Of a stretch of DNA of 64,000 nucleotides, positions 37,702 to 47,786 are shown piece after piece; within the stretch, counting starts at the first letter, position 1; each line of letters starts with the position of its first letter. Under the pieces are notes generated by a model that did not search any database, was not told where the DNA came from, and saw nothing but the letters and a program-made list of their open reading frames with translations. The stretch is from Halobacteriovoraceae bacterium (GTDB taxonomy: Bacteria > Bdellovibrionota > Bacteriovoracia > Bacteriovoracales > Bacteriovoracaceae): positions 1,152,001 through 1,216,000 of the forward strand of contig CAVRCF010000001.1 of the NCBI GenBank assembly GCA_963719505.1, read 5' to 3'. The translations under genes and the position numbers were made by a program.

Positions 37702-38086
37702 GACTCTTATCCTCCGAATTTTTTGTAATAAATGTTTTAAGTACATCTACAAAAGCAAAAGCTAACAGAACTCGGAATGATGCAAAGGACTTAGAATTTT
37801 TCGCACAGTAATCCACAATCATATCTTTTGTTTTGTTAGACAAAGTCGTTTCTGTCTTAGCTCCGTCATCTGTAATGATTGTTATTAGCCCTTTGTAGTG
37901 AATTATCTGGAAGTGACCATACATTTCAAGTAACTCCTCTCCAACTGATTTATTCAATTCATCTACTATTGTTTCGTTTGTTGTAGGGATTGGCATATAG
38001 AAATTGAGGACTATAACTTTATCTGCCGCAGCGGATATGTTTCCGTTGTCATAATCTTCCTTTGCTTGATTATACAATATTTGCAT
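37688..38086 (-). CDS. Hypothetical protein (paralog of 37306)
   Basis: AAGGA RBS before MQILYNQ; VLNFY motif. Confidence 0.7.
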   Translation of the reverse strand: MQILYNQAKEDYDNGNISAAADKVIVLNFYMPIPTTNETIVDELNKSVGEELLEMYGHFQIIHYKGLITIITDDGAKTETTLSNKTKDMIVDYCAKNSKSFASFRVLLAFAFVDVLKTFITKNSEDKSHETI

Positions 38087-38609
38087 CAGCTTTTTCCTTG
38101 TTATATTGTGTGCAAAATTCACTTTACAATATAGATTGTAACACACTGCGCTGGAGTTTGCAACGCTTCTTGTCAGATTTATAGTTTTCAACCTCCAAAA
38201 ATTCAAAAAACCTCATAAAATTACTAAATACCTAAATTTATCCTCATAAAACTCATCAAAATCTCTAAATACCCTAATAAAGATATTTCAAACTCTCTTG
38301 ATGCCTTGCTGTAGGAGCTCTCAGTCTATCTGGTTTTTTTCTGTGCGGTATAATTAGAGCTATGGGCAAGATTTGAAGAATTTCTTCAGAGTTCTGAAAG
38401 TCTGTATTGGATTACTAATGCTGATCTCAATCATTGGAAGAGATCAAAAGGCCAAGGATGGTCAATATCCAATCAAAAACTCAAAGCAAACTAGCAATTT
38501 AGTCCGGCATTGTTAGAGCTATGGCCAAGATTTGAAGGTTTTATAAGTCCCTAAAAACCCACTTTATTGACACTTTAATGAGTAAAATCTATTATTTAGG
38601 CAACTTTAG

Positions 38610-38637
38610 GGTTCGAATCCTGCTGGTTGCGCCATTT
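38610..38637 (+). repeat. attR core (duplicated tRNA-Arg 3' end)
   Basis: Identical to 15887-15914. Confidence 0.97.
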
Positions 38638-38894
38638 ATCTTATAACTTCTCCAAAATGACCGATTTACCCATTATGACACGCTAAAGTTGTGTAGATAA
38701 AAACAATGTTCGTCGCGTTATATCCTACCAAATGTTAAATACTATAGTTTTAAATCTTGATAGGATACTCAATCGGTAAGGCATAAAAATTATCCTTGCT
38801 AGGTAAGTTTTGATACCCTTTAACGGTGTAGGACTAAAAATGATAAAATCTAACGAGTTAAGGACTTAATCATTTTTAGAAAAACAGGGACGTA

Positions 38895-41453
38895 ATGCAA
38901 AAAAGAATTTTAGCACTTCTTACATTCATAGCTGTCATGACCACTTCATGTGGAGATCTTTTCATGACGGACAAAAATAAAAGCTCACTTGGAAGTAATA
39001 TATTAGGAGCGAATTGTGCTTTTGATTCAAAGGCTTTCTCAAGAATTTTAGAAGAAAATATAAAAGGCGATATTCTTTGCCTTGAAGAAAAAATAGATAT
39101 GTTTATCAAGTTCGTTAGAACAGATAGGCCAGGCTTTGTTTCTAAGAAGACCTTATTAGAAGTTCTCGACACAGATATTGTTGATCTAGGGGATGAAGAT
39201 ATCACTCCTTTAATTGACTCAATTTTTGATTTAAGTTTTGTCATTTTTGGAGGTGACAATGGTTACATATCAGAAGGTGATGTCGATAAAATATTTGATC
39301 TCATGATCTACTTCAATGAAAAAATTTACCTTAATGTTTATAAGTACTTTGTAAATGAGGATCAAGTCAACTTCGAGAGACATGAGTATGCAAGAAACCA
39401 AGTCTATAATGGGATGGCCCTTATTTCTGATCGACTTAAGACACTGACTGACGGTGGCTCTTTGTCGAGGTTAGATACGATAAACTCTGAAGAATTTTTA
39501 CAGAACTTCTTTGGAGAAGATGAAGATCGTCTCTCTAAAGTTAAATCTTTTATGTTCTTAAAGAAAGTTTTTCTCGGTGGTGAAAAGTACTCACTAACAA
39601 ACAGAGAGATGCTCGACGCTATAGAGAAGCTTCCTGAGTTAACGCTTGTTGCGCTAGACTTGAGCCAAGCGACCAATTTCATTTTTAAAGATGATCTTCG
39701 TCAAATGCTTATGGTTTATAATAACGATGCAAAATTAGTTAGAAACAATCTTTTCTATGATCAAAATAGTACTCAGAAACTTTTTTCATTGTATGATCTT
39801 TTTGATTCTATAGAAAAAATTCTTCCTGAATTTGGTAACCCCGATGAGCAATTGCCAGATGTAGATTATGCCTTTCACTTGAGAAAGTATCCTCTAGAAA
39901 TTGTTGAAATAAAAAGAATACTCATGGGAAATACGACAGGGTCGGGGAACTTTAGTACTCAAGATATCTCAAAGCTTTTAACTCACGCTGAAAATGTTTT
40001 TGATGAGTCTGAATTCTTCTTCAAAATGTATGATTTTTATAAAGCTGACCTCAATTCATCAAGACCTGTATCAAGAGACTTTAGTGAATTCCCAACCAAT
40101 AGCGAAAGAGAGAGAGTCTATAGAGATCACTTTGCAAGCATCGCTTACAATTACAAATATTTTAAAGGAAATCGAAAAGCTCCCGTTTTTGGACACGAAT
40201 ATAAGAGAAATGCTTCAGGTCTTGTAGAGATTAGAGCGCTTGAATATCTTGTTACTGAAATTATGAAGACCTATGGTAAACAAGACGATGCTGCTCGTGG
40301 TGGCTATCATATGGAACTCATTCCGCATGTTAAGCCTCTAATTGATAATTTAAAACGACTGCTTCGCGACATTGGTCTGACTAAAGTTGGAAGAAGTTAC
40401 AAAAGAGATAGAGATGGAAATATTCTACCTTTCCCTGAAGGTGGCTTTGCACCAGAAGTAACAAGTACAGCTGAAAACCTTGTTCTAATGTCGACTTTGT
40501 TTCAAAACCAATCTGACGGATGTGACAGTAAGAATAATGGACCTTGTATGGAGGTTCCAGAAATAACAGAGTTTTTTGTAGGTGTGTTAACGGCCCTCAG
40601 TGTAAAAGAGTCTTTCAATAAGCTAATGCACGAAGAATGTGGCAACGATGTTGACGAATTTGGAAGATTTCATGTGAGATGTTTTAGAGAGAAATTTATT
40701 ACGGTTCTGAATAAACCTTACGATAATGAAGGAAATAAACTCTCTGATTCTATGCCTCTTTTATATTCATTTACTCAGGAGCTAACAGATAGTCTTCCAG
40801 ACGGTGCGAGTCCAACTGAGTCTACAAGTTACTTAAAGTTTATTAATGAAACAGATGCCTTCACACGGACTTGTAATTTTACTAAAGATGAAGATGGACA
40901 ACAGATCGATATTCCAATGACTGAAGATGATGCCTTTGGATTTTTTGCTGGCCTATTAAATGTTGAATCAACTCTTTTGAGATTCGATGTGAATGAGAAT
41001 AATAAAATGGATGATGGTTGTGATGATCGAATCTTAAGAAAATATAGAATCTGTAAGAAGACCTCATCAGAGGTGAATGAAGTTAATAATGCTTATTATG
41101 AAGTCTACGAAAGTGCGATTCAGGGCTTAGTTGCTCCAAATGGTGGATTCATGACAAAGCTGTCAAAATCAATTTTTCAATACCTTATAAAGTATGGAAA
41201 GGTTCCTGACACATCTAATTTTGGAAGTCTTTGGGCTTACGCTAAATTCCTTGTACGAATTAATAAGAAGGCTGATGCAAGTAGAACAACAATTGCAACC
41301 GTTTTGAAAACTCTTGGTGAAGAGTCCGCAAATGCGAAAGACTATCCTTTCAAGTGTGAAGAGTGCGTTGTTGGTGATCCATCTATCAAGTGTGAACCAG
41401 ATGATGGTGTTTCTTGGGATTATGACTGGAATAGCCAAGATATTTCTCTTTAA
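38895..41453 (+). CDS. Large lipoprotein, hypothetical
   Basis: Lipobox TTSC; 852 aa. Confidence 0.8.
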   Translation: MQKRILALLTFIAVMTTSCGDLFMTDKNKSSLGSNILGANCAFDSKAFSRILEENIKGDILCLEEKIDMFIKFVRTDRPGFVSKKTLLEVLDTDIVDLGDEDITPLIDSIFDLSFVIFGGDNGYISEGDVDKIFDLMIYFNEKIYLNVYKYFVNEDQVNFERHEYARNQVYNGMALISDRLKTLTDGGSLSRLDTINSEEFLQNFFGEDEDRLSKVKSFMFLKKVFLGGEKYSLTNREMLDAIEKLPELTLVALDLSQATNFIFKDDLRQMLMVYNNDAKLVRNNLFYDQNSTQKLFSLYDLFDSIEKILPEFGNPDEQLPDVDYAFHLRKYPLEIVEIKRILMGNTTGSGNFSTQDISKLLTHAENVFDESEFFFKMYDFYKADLNSSRPVSRDFSEFPTNSERERVYRDHFASIAYNYKYFKGNRKAPVFGHEYKRNASGLVEIRALEYLVTEIMKTYGKQDDAARGGYHMELIPHVKPLIDNLKRLLRDIGLTKVGRSYKRDRDGNILPFPEGGFAPEVTSTAENLVLMSTLFQNQSDGCDSKNNGPCMEVPEITEFFVGVLTALSVKESFNKLMHEECGNDVDEFGRFHVRCFREKFITVLNKPYDNEGNKLSDSMPLLYSFTQELTDSLPDGASPTESTSYLKFINETDAFTRTCNFTKDEDGQQIDIPMTEDDAFGFFAGLLNVESTLLRFDVNENNKMDDGCDDRILRKYRICKKTSSEVNEVNNAYYEVYESAIQGLVAPNGGFMTKLSKSIFQYLIKYGKVPDTSNFGSLWAYAKFLVRINKKADASRTTIATVLKTLGEESANAKDYPFKCEECVVGDPSIKCEPDDGVSWDYDWNSQDISL

Positions 41454-41477
41454 ATTGAGTATAATATAAAAAATAAC

Positions 41478-41502
41478 AAGCCCCAGTCGATGGGGCTTTT
41501 TT
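41478..41502 (+). terminator. Rho-independent terminator
   Basis: AAGCCCCA-gtcga-TGGGGCTT followed by a T run. Confidence 0.75.
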
Positions 41503-41515
41503 AATGAGGTAAGAG

Positions 41516-42112
41516 ATGAAAAATTTATTAGTATTAGGAGTTGTTGCTCTAGCGTTTTCTTGTTCTTCAAGAAAGCTTCAAAAAGACTATAAAGTAGTAG
41601 ATGCAAGTCAAATGGAGATTCCTGAGTGGATTTCAGAGTACGAAGAATACCTTGAGGATGTCGATACAAAAAAATTCAATTTTTATAAGTACGAGACAGA
41701 GCCTAAAAATAATAGAGAGATGGCTTGTAAAATTGCTAAGGCTGAAGCTTCAAGTCATGTTGCTGGAGAGCTTAAGACAAAGATCAAGGATGTTCTAACA
41801 AAGTCTACTGAAGGTGATGCTACGGAGCTAGGTGGGAAGTTAGACGAGTATGTTAGCAACACGATGGTTATGGATATTGAAAGTAGTTTGAGTGGTTTAA
41901 AGATTGCAAAGACATACTGGGAAAAAAGAGCATATTCAAAAGAGCTTGGGGCAACGAACGACTATAGAGCTTGGTCTTGTTCAGTGCTTTTAAAGATTTC
42001 TAAAAAAGACTTAAAAAACTCACTTGCTAAAGTTGAAGCAAAAGCTGTTGAGCTTGCACCAAATAAAGCCAAAGAGAATGTTAAAAATATGATCGATAAG
42101 ATTGTTGAATAA
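41516..42112 (+). CDS. LPP20-like lipoprotein
   Basis: Lipobox AFSC, PEWI, A..A...A...VA pattern. Confidence 0.65.
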   Translation: MKNLLVLGVVALAFSCSSRKLQKDYKVVDASQMEIPEWISEYEEYLEDVDTKKFNFYKYETEPKNNREMACKIAKAEASSHVAGELKTKIKDVLTKSTEGDATELGGKLDEYVSNTMVMDIESSLSGLKIAKTYWEKRAYSKELGATNDYRAWSCSVLLKISKKDLKNSLAKVEAKAVELAPNKAKENVKNMIDKIVE

Positions 42113-42738
42113 TGAATGAGCTAAGTCGTGTTCCAACCTATAGTGAACTCAAAGAAGAGGGGATTAAGTCTCTTATTTTTGATATGGATGGAACGCTTCT
42201 AAACTCTGAGGTTCTTCATGAAAAAGCTCTTATTGAACTTTTAGGAAAGAAAAAAGAGCCAACGAGAGAGCTTCTAGATCTCTTTGTTGGAGTTGCAGAA
42301 CCTTACGTTCACAAAACTTTACTAACTAAAGAAATTATTGATCCCATCTCTTTTACCGACTTTGTAAAACTCAAAAATGAAAAGTTTGTTGAATTTTTAA
42401 AGGACAAAGAAGTCTTCGATCAAGTTCTTAATCCTAAGGTGGTTGAGCTCATTGACGAGGCAAGATCCGATGGGCTTAAAGTTGCACTTGTCACGGCCAG
42501 CGAAAAAAATACGACTGATATTTTTTTAGACTCGTTGAACTTGAAAGGTAAATTCGATTTGATCTTAACCAGAGAAGATACAGAAAAAACAAAACCCAAT
42601 CCAATGCCTTATCTTGAGGCATTCAAAAGACTTGGCTTCAATGCTTCTGAATGTATCATATTTGAAGATTCAATTATTGGCTTGCAGGCTGCAATGGAGT
42701 CTAAAGCTAATGTTTATAAAGTTTCTTGGTATTACTGA
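42112..42738 (+). CDS. HAD-family phosphatase
   Basis: FDMDGTL, KPNP, FEDS..G. Confidence 0.92.
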   Translation: MNELSRVPTYSELKEEGIKSLIFDMDGTLLNSEVLHEKALIELLGKKKEPTRELLDLFVGVAEPYVHKTLLTKEIIDPISFTDFVKLKNEKFVEFLKDKEVFDQVLNPKVVELIDEARSDGLKVALVTASEKNTTDIFLDSLNLKGKFDLILTREDTEKTKPNPMPYLEAFKRLGFNASECIIFEDSIIGLQAAMESKANVYKVSWYY

Positions 42739-43010
42739 AGATTATTTTCGTGAAAGTCTTTTTCATTAATTTTCACTTTGGGAAGTTCTTCATTAAATGA
42801 ATCTTTAATACTTATCGGTATCTGAATCGCTTTATACTTTTTGCCATTACTAAGTCTGATCCAATAACCATCAATCACATCTCTTTCAACCGTTGTCATC
42901 TTTATAGGTTTAATACTTATAATATGATCCGTGTTGATAAGGATGCTGGTGACTTCTTCAACTCGTTGAGCTTCATTGTGATTAATAATTTTAAAACGTG
43001 CTAGCTTCAT
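42732..43010 (-). CDS. Hypothetical protein
   Basis: GGAG RBS, 92 aa. Confidence 0.65.
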   Translation of the reverse strand: MKLARFKIINHNEAQRVEEVTSILINTDHIISIKPIKMTTVERDVIDGYWIRLSNGKKYKAIQIPISIKDSFNEELPKVKINEKDFHENNLQ

Positions 43011-43112
43011 ACTTTTCTCCGATAACTCACTGTATCAAAGAAAAGCTAAGTTTTTGATAGTCTTGAAAAAGTTACACTACTGTCAGGCCAGAGGTGGCAG
43101 AATCAAGAGATA

Positions 43113-43133
43113 AAGCCCCAATAATTGGGGCTT
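43113..43133 (-). terminator. Terminator-like hairpin
   Basis: AAGCCCCAAT-a-ATTGGGGCTT downstream of the 43141 gene. Confidence 0.55.
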
Positions 43134-43140
43134 AGAGGCA

Positions 43141-43809
43141 TTACTTATAGAATTGATCAGCGATATCTTTTACGATGTAACCAATGGCATAGGGGACGGT
43201 AAAAGGCCTGTCGTCATTATGATTGTAAGCGTGACCATAGCCCATCTTATGAACCCATTCATGGGCCATATTAGCTGCAACGTCTTTGGGCGTCCATGAG
43301 GACAGTCTAAAGAACTTGGTATTAATCCAAATTCTCATTGTATCAGGGAGAGTATAACCTTTAACTTTGGACCACGGGTTTTTGCTTTTGTAGAGAGTTA
43401 AGTCAAAATTCATCACTCCAGGGCTTCCTGGCATGAGAACTTCCGCCCCTGTCATGAGATGATCATAAATCTCTTGATTCGTTTTTCCATTGTTTTCATT
43501 GAATTGTTTTTGTCCTTTGAAAGTGAAGTTTAGGACTCTTTCTTTAAACTCTTGGGAGTTCATTATCTTTAGCAAAAGGGTATTAGCTTGTTCTATTTTT
43601 TCCTTGTCAGCATTTCTCGTGAAATTTCTAAGATAGATATCAGTGGTTAGAGTCCCTCTCGCTGAGAGATCGAACTTTTTTAAATGTTCAGTAGACATGT
43701 CACTTGGACTTGAAGTTGCATCTATTTCAATAAAGTCGGCATAGCCGCTTGAGTAGGCTCCTTGAGATATAAAAACACTTAAAAATATAGTGAGTAGTGA
43801 CTTTTTCAT
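43141..43809 (-). CDS. Secreted zinc metallopeptidase-like protein
   Basis: Signal peptide; AHEWVHKMGYGH. Confidence 0.8.
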   Translation of the reverse strand: MKKSLLTIFLSVFISQGAYSSGYADFIEIDATSSPSDMSTEHLKKFDLSARGTLTTDIYLRNFTRNADKEKIEQANTLLLKIMNSQEFKERVLNFTFKGQKQFNENNGKTNQEIYDHLMTGAEVLMPGSPGVMNFDLTLYKSKNPWSKVKGYTLPDTMRIWINTKFFRLSSWTPKDVAANMAHEWVHKMGYGHAYNHNDDRPFTVPYAIGYIVKDIADQFYK

Positions 43810-43915
43810 TGTCTTTCCTTTTTGATCTGTGATTGTGTGTGTTTAATTTTCGGAATTTGATGGATTTGAAATTAAGCTTATTACCAAAGAGGAAATTTTT
43901 GCTTAGGAAGTTACA

Positions 43916-44512
43916 ATGAATTTAGACAGTGTGTTGGAGTCTACTTATCAAAACTTTGAGCTCGATGGGCCAAAGCTGAGAAGAGAGTCTCTCAATAAAA
44001 GAATGCAAGCACTAAATGAGCAGGGTAAAGACTGTTCTAATTGCTCGGGATTCTGCTGTACTTCTGCCCACAACTCAATGCTCATCACTCCGCTGGAGGC
44101 CCTTGAGCTTTACTCCTACCTAAACAGAAAAAACCGTGTCACCGAAGAATTAGTGGATCGTTTAAAGCAAAATATATCTGAGTTTAGGTTAGATAAAGAA
44201 TTACTTGTGGGCTCTGGTAGAGTCTTTCGCCGCAATTATACTTGTCCATTTTATAGGCATGAAGGTTTTGGTTGCTCTATTTCACCCAAGCACAAACCTT
44301 ATGGCTGTCTCAGCTTCAATTCGACTGCCAGTGGTGTCAACTCCTCTGGGCACTGTAAAGTTTATGGAGAGGTAATAGAGGAGAGAGAAGCCATTTATAA
44401 AAAGAAAGAAGATAGTGCCAATGAGTATTTAAAGACGAAATTGGGACTTTACTGGGACAAGAAAAATATAAGTTCAGCCCTTATCGAATTGATCAATTTA
44501 ATCAAGCAATAA
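43916..44512 (+). CDS. YkgJ/CxxCxxCC zinc/iron-chelating family protein
   Basis: CSNCSGFCC, CPF, CSI...KPYGC. Confidence 0.75.
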   Translation: MNLDSVLESTYQNFELDGPKLRRESLNKRMQALNEQGKDCSNCSGFCCTSAHNSMLITPLEALELYSYLNRKNRVTEELVDRLKQNISEFRLDKELLVGSGRVFRRNYTCPFYRHEGFGCSISPKHKPYGCLSFNSTASGVNSSGHCKVYGEVIEEREAIYKKKEDSANEYLKTKLGLYWDKKNISSALIELINLIKQ

Positions 44513-44604
44513 AAATAAAAATTTGTCTTTTGTTAATTCTAATTTCCTCTATAATTGTAGTGATTTAACTATATATTTGTTTGCTTTTTTAAGAGGAGAA
44601 ATCA

Positions 44605-46809
44605 ATGACTAAGCAAGTTCGTTTTCAGGCTAAATTAAACGCCTATAAAACCCAAACAAGAAAGTTTAATGTTCCATCAGATGTGAATGGAAAACCTCTT
44701 AGAGTAAGTGACTATTACGGGGAAAATGTTTTTAACTACGAAAATTCAGATATCCTAACAAAAAATGATAAAAAAGATATTTCTGATATTATTGGAAAGC
44801 GTAGAGATTTTGATCGAGACATTGCTGAGAAAATGGCAAATGCAGTATTGAGCTGGGCTCTGAGTAAAGGTGCAACACACTTCACTCACTGGTTCCAACC
44901 CCTCACTGGATCAACAGCTGAAAAGCACGATGCATTTTTAACTATTGAAGGTGGAAAACCAATTGAAAAACTATCTGCTTCTCAACTTATTCAAGGTGAA
45001 CCGGATGCTTCTTCTTTTCCAAATGGTGGATCGAGATCAACATTTGAAGCTAGAGGGTATACGTCTTGGGACTTAACTTCTCCTATCTTTTTAAGAATTG
45101 CCGAAAACGGTAAAACACTTTGTATCCCAACAGCTTTTGTTTCTTACTTAGGTGACGCTCTAGATATTAAAACTCCACTTTTAAGATCGATCACTAAGCT
45201 TTCAAAGGCTGCTATTGAGTTTTGTAATTTAACGAATTCCTCTTCACGTGAGTCTGACAAAATCGATGCTATTGATATTACAATCGGCTGTGAGCAAGAA
45301 TATTTTTTAGTTGATAAATCTCTCTATTTTGAAAGACCTGACCTTGTTATGGGCGGGCGAACAGTTTTTGGTGCATCTACTTCTAGAAACCAGCAACTAG
45401 ATGATCACTACTTTGGTACGGTTCCTGATAGAATTTTGGCTTTTATGCAAGAGGTTGAGGTTGAGTTATATAGACTAGGGATTCCTGCTAAAACTAGGCA
45501 TAACGAAGTTGCTCCTGGGCAATTTGAACTTGCACCTATTTTTTCAAGCGCAAACGTAGCTGTCGATCAAAATCAAATTATTATGGCCATACTGCAATCA
45601 GTTGCACTAAAGCACGACTTTGTTTGTTTGCTTCACGAGAAACCTTTTCAAGGAATTAATGGTTCAGGGAAACACTTGAACTGGGCCATGGGTGGTAAAG
45701 GGGTTGGAAATCTTCTAGAACCAACAGAGACTCCTCATACGAACTATAGATTTTTGGCCATGATTGCGATCATTTGTGAAGCGGTTTATCGCCACGGCGG
45801 ACCTTTGAGAACAGCGATTGCAAGTCATTCAAATGATCACCGTCTCGGTGCCAATGAAGCACCTCCTAGTATTATTTCCGTTTTCTTGGGAGATACTTTA
45901 ACGGCAATTTTAGATGCTTACTCTTCTGGGGAAAAATATGACGATAAGAGTGAAACTTTCCTCGATCTAAAAGCTGAGCAACTGGCAAGACTTGTCAAAG
46001 ATAACACCGACAGGAACAGAACTTCGCCATTTGCCTTTACCGGAAATAAGTTTGAGTTTAGAGCCGTTGGATCTTCGCAGAATGTTGGTATTCCAGCGAC
46101 AGTTTTAAACGGAGCAGTTGCTTCTGTTTTAACTGAGATGAATGTTCGAATAAAAAAAGAAAAAGAAGAAGGAAAATCAATTGATGATGTTTTAATGGGT
46201 ATTACAAAAGACCTTTACAACAACTCAAAAAATGTTGTCTTCAACGGTGATGGATACTCTCAAGCTTGGCAAGATGAAGCGGCTAAAAGAGGACTTCCAA
46301 ACCTTAAGACATCACCAGATGCCCTAAGAGTTATGAAAGACGCAAAAGCTAATGAATTTCTTATAAACCAAGGAATCTATACAGCATCAGAAATTGAAAC
46401 AAGATACAATGTAAGAGTTGAGCGCTACTGTAAATGTAGAGAGATTGAATTTTCAACTCTTATTTCAATGATTCAAAAAGATGTATTGCCAGCGGCAATA
46501 AAATATAAAAATGAAATTGCCAGCTCTATTGTGAACCAAAAAGCTGCTGGGGTCGAAGCTAAAGCTGACCTGCAGATTCTAAAACTTATCAACACGCATG
46601 TTGAAGATCTTATGAACAATACTCAAAAGCTTCATAAAATGCTTGAAGAGAATGAAGGTCAAGATGATATCAACTATGCAGATAAGATAGCTAAAGAGAT
46701 GTTCCCATTATCTGAAAAGATTGGTCTCATTGTCTCTGAGCTCGAAGAAAACGTGTCAGAAGAGATTTGGCCACTACCAACATACTTTGATTTACTTTTT
46801 ATACGATAA
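44605..46809 (+). CDS. glnA: Glutamine synthetase type III
   Basis: THFTHWFQPLTG, EPDASSFP, HNEVAPGQFE, NGSGKH, DRNRTSPFAFTGNKFEFR. Confidence 0.96.
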   Translation: MTKQVRFQAKLNAYKTQTRKFNVPSDVNGKPLRVSDYYGENVFNYENSDILTKNDKKDISDIIGKRRDFDRDIAEKMANAVLSWALSKGATHFTHWFQPLTGSTAEKHDAFLTIEGGKPIEKLSASQLIQGEPDASSFPNGGSRSTFEARGYTSWDLTSPIFLRIAENGKTLCIPTAFVSYLGDALDIKTPLLRSITKLSKAAIEFCNLTNSSSRESDKIDAIDITIGCEQEYFLVDKSLYFERPDLVMGGRTVFGASTSRNQQLDDHYFGTVPDRILAFMQEVEVELYRLGIPAKTRHNEVAPGQFELAPIFSSANVAVDQNQIIMAILQSVALKHDFVCLLHEKPFQGINGSGKHLNWAMGGKGVGNLLEPTETPHTNYRFLAMIAIICEAVYRHGGPLRTAIASHSNDHRLGANEAPPSIISVFLGDTLTAILDAYSSGEKYDDKSETFLDLKAEQLARLVKDNTDRNRTSPFAFTGNKFEFRAVGSSQNVGIPATVLNGAVASVLTEMNVRIKKEKEEGKSIDDVLMGITKDLYNNSKNVVFNGDGYSQAWQDEAAKRGLPNLKTSPDALRVMKDAKANEFLINQGIYTASEIETRYNVRVERYCKCREIEFSTLISMIQKDVLPAAIKYKNEIASSIVNQKAAGVEAKADLQILKLINTHVEDLMNNTQKLHKMLEENEGQDDINYADKIAKEMFPLSEKIGLIVSELEENVSEEIWPLPTYFDLLFIR

Positions 46810-46907
46810 TTGTGTTTTTTTGACCACAAACAGCATTGTGATTAAGTATTGATTTACATTCCCCTTTAGTTTTTCTATAAAAAGGAAAATTTAAAGGGGG
46901 AGTATTC

Positions 46908-47786
46908 ATGAGATCATTTTTGTCAGTCGCGTGTCTTTTGCTGTCATTCCAGGCAGTTGCAGGTCTAAAAGTTAAAATTATCGATATTATAGCTGAAGAA
47001 GAGTTTCTTTTATTAGCAGACAATGGTCTTGTTTACGAATTGACTAGTGATGACCCAGAAGTTCTCGACTTCGCTTTTTATGCAAAAGAGCATAATTTGG
47101 AAGTCGAAATTGTAAAGCCTCTCCTTAGCTTAGATGCTGTTTTTGATAATAGAGAGTCTGTAAGAACTCTTAAATTAGACTACACACCGAACTCTCAAAC
47201 TTCTCCAAAATTAAATGACAAGAATGTTTTAAATATCCCAACTCCACTTGATAATTATGAGGTGTCTAGCGTCTCAGAAGAAAAGGCAACAGAGCTATTT
47301 TCTTCAATGAGAACTGATACTAGAAGAAGGTCTCAGTGCTATAACCGAGCTCATGTTTGGACCTATGAACTAAGTAAAAAAGTTGTTAACGGTAAGAAGT
47401 TAGATCTTGGTAAAACTTGGCTATTTTTTACAAGAAAATACATTAGAGAATATAGATATAAGTGGTGGTTCCACATTGCTCCCTATATTAAGGCTGATTC
47501 ACAGGTAAGGGTTTTAGATAGAAAGTTTACAAAATCACCTCTTCCACTTCAAGAGTGGACGGACGAATTCATGCACAACAATGCAAAATGTAAGGTTATT
47601 GAATATTATAACGATTACAGAGAGAACCAAGAGGTAGAGTCATGCTTTATTATCAATTCTAGCATGTACTACTGGCAACCACTTCATATAGAGGGTTTAG
47701 CCGATGGTGATGCTGAACCGACAAGTTATAGTGAGTACTCTATTGAAAAAGCCTATAGAGATGCAATCAGAAGATGGAAAGAGTAG
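46908..47786 (+). CDS. Exported protein-glutamine glutaminase-like protein
   Basis: QCYNRAH, WWFHIAP, VLD Cys-His-Asp triad pattern. Confidence 0.7.
   Translation: MRSFLSVACLLLSFQAVAGLKVKIIDIIAEEEFLLLADNGLVYELTSDDPEVLDFAFYAKEHNLEVEIVKPLLSLDAVFDNRESVRTLKLDYTPNSQTSPKLNDKNVLNIPTPLDNYEVSSVSEEKATELFSSMRTDTRRRSQCYNRAHVWTYELSKKVVNGKKLDLGKTWLFFTRKYIREYRYKWWFHIAPYIKADSQVRVLDRKFTKSPLPLQEWTDEFMHNNAKCKVIEYYNDYRENQEVESCFIINSSMYYWQPLHIEGLADGDAEPTSYSEYSIEKAYRDAIRRWKE

Noticed and set aside
38610-38637. Second tRNA-Arg gene
   Set aside because: Only the T-arm and 3' acceptor strand are present; this is attR
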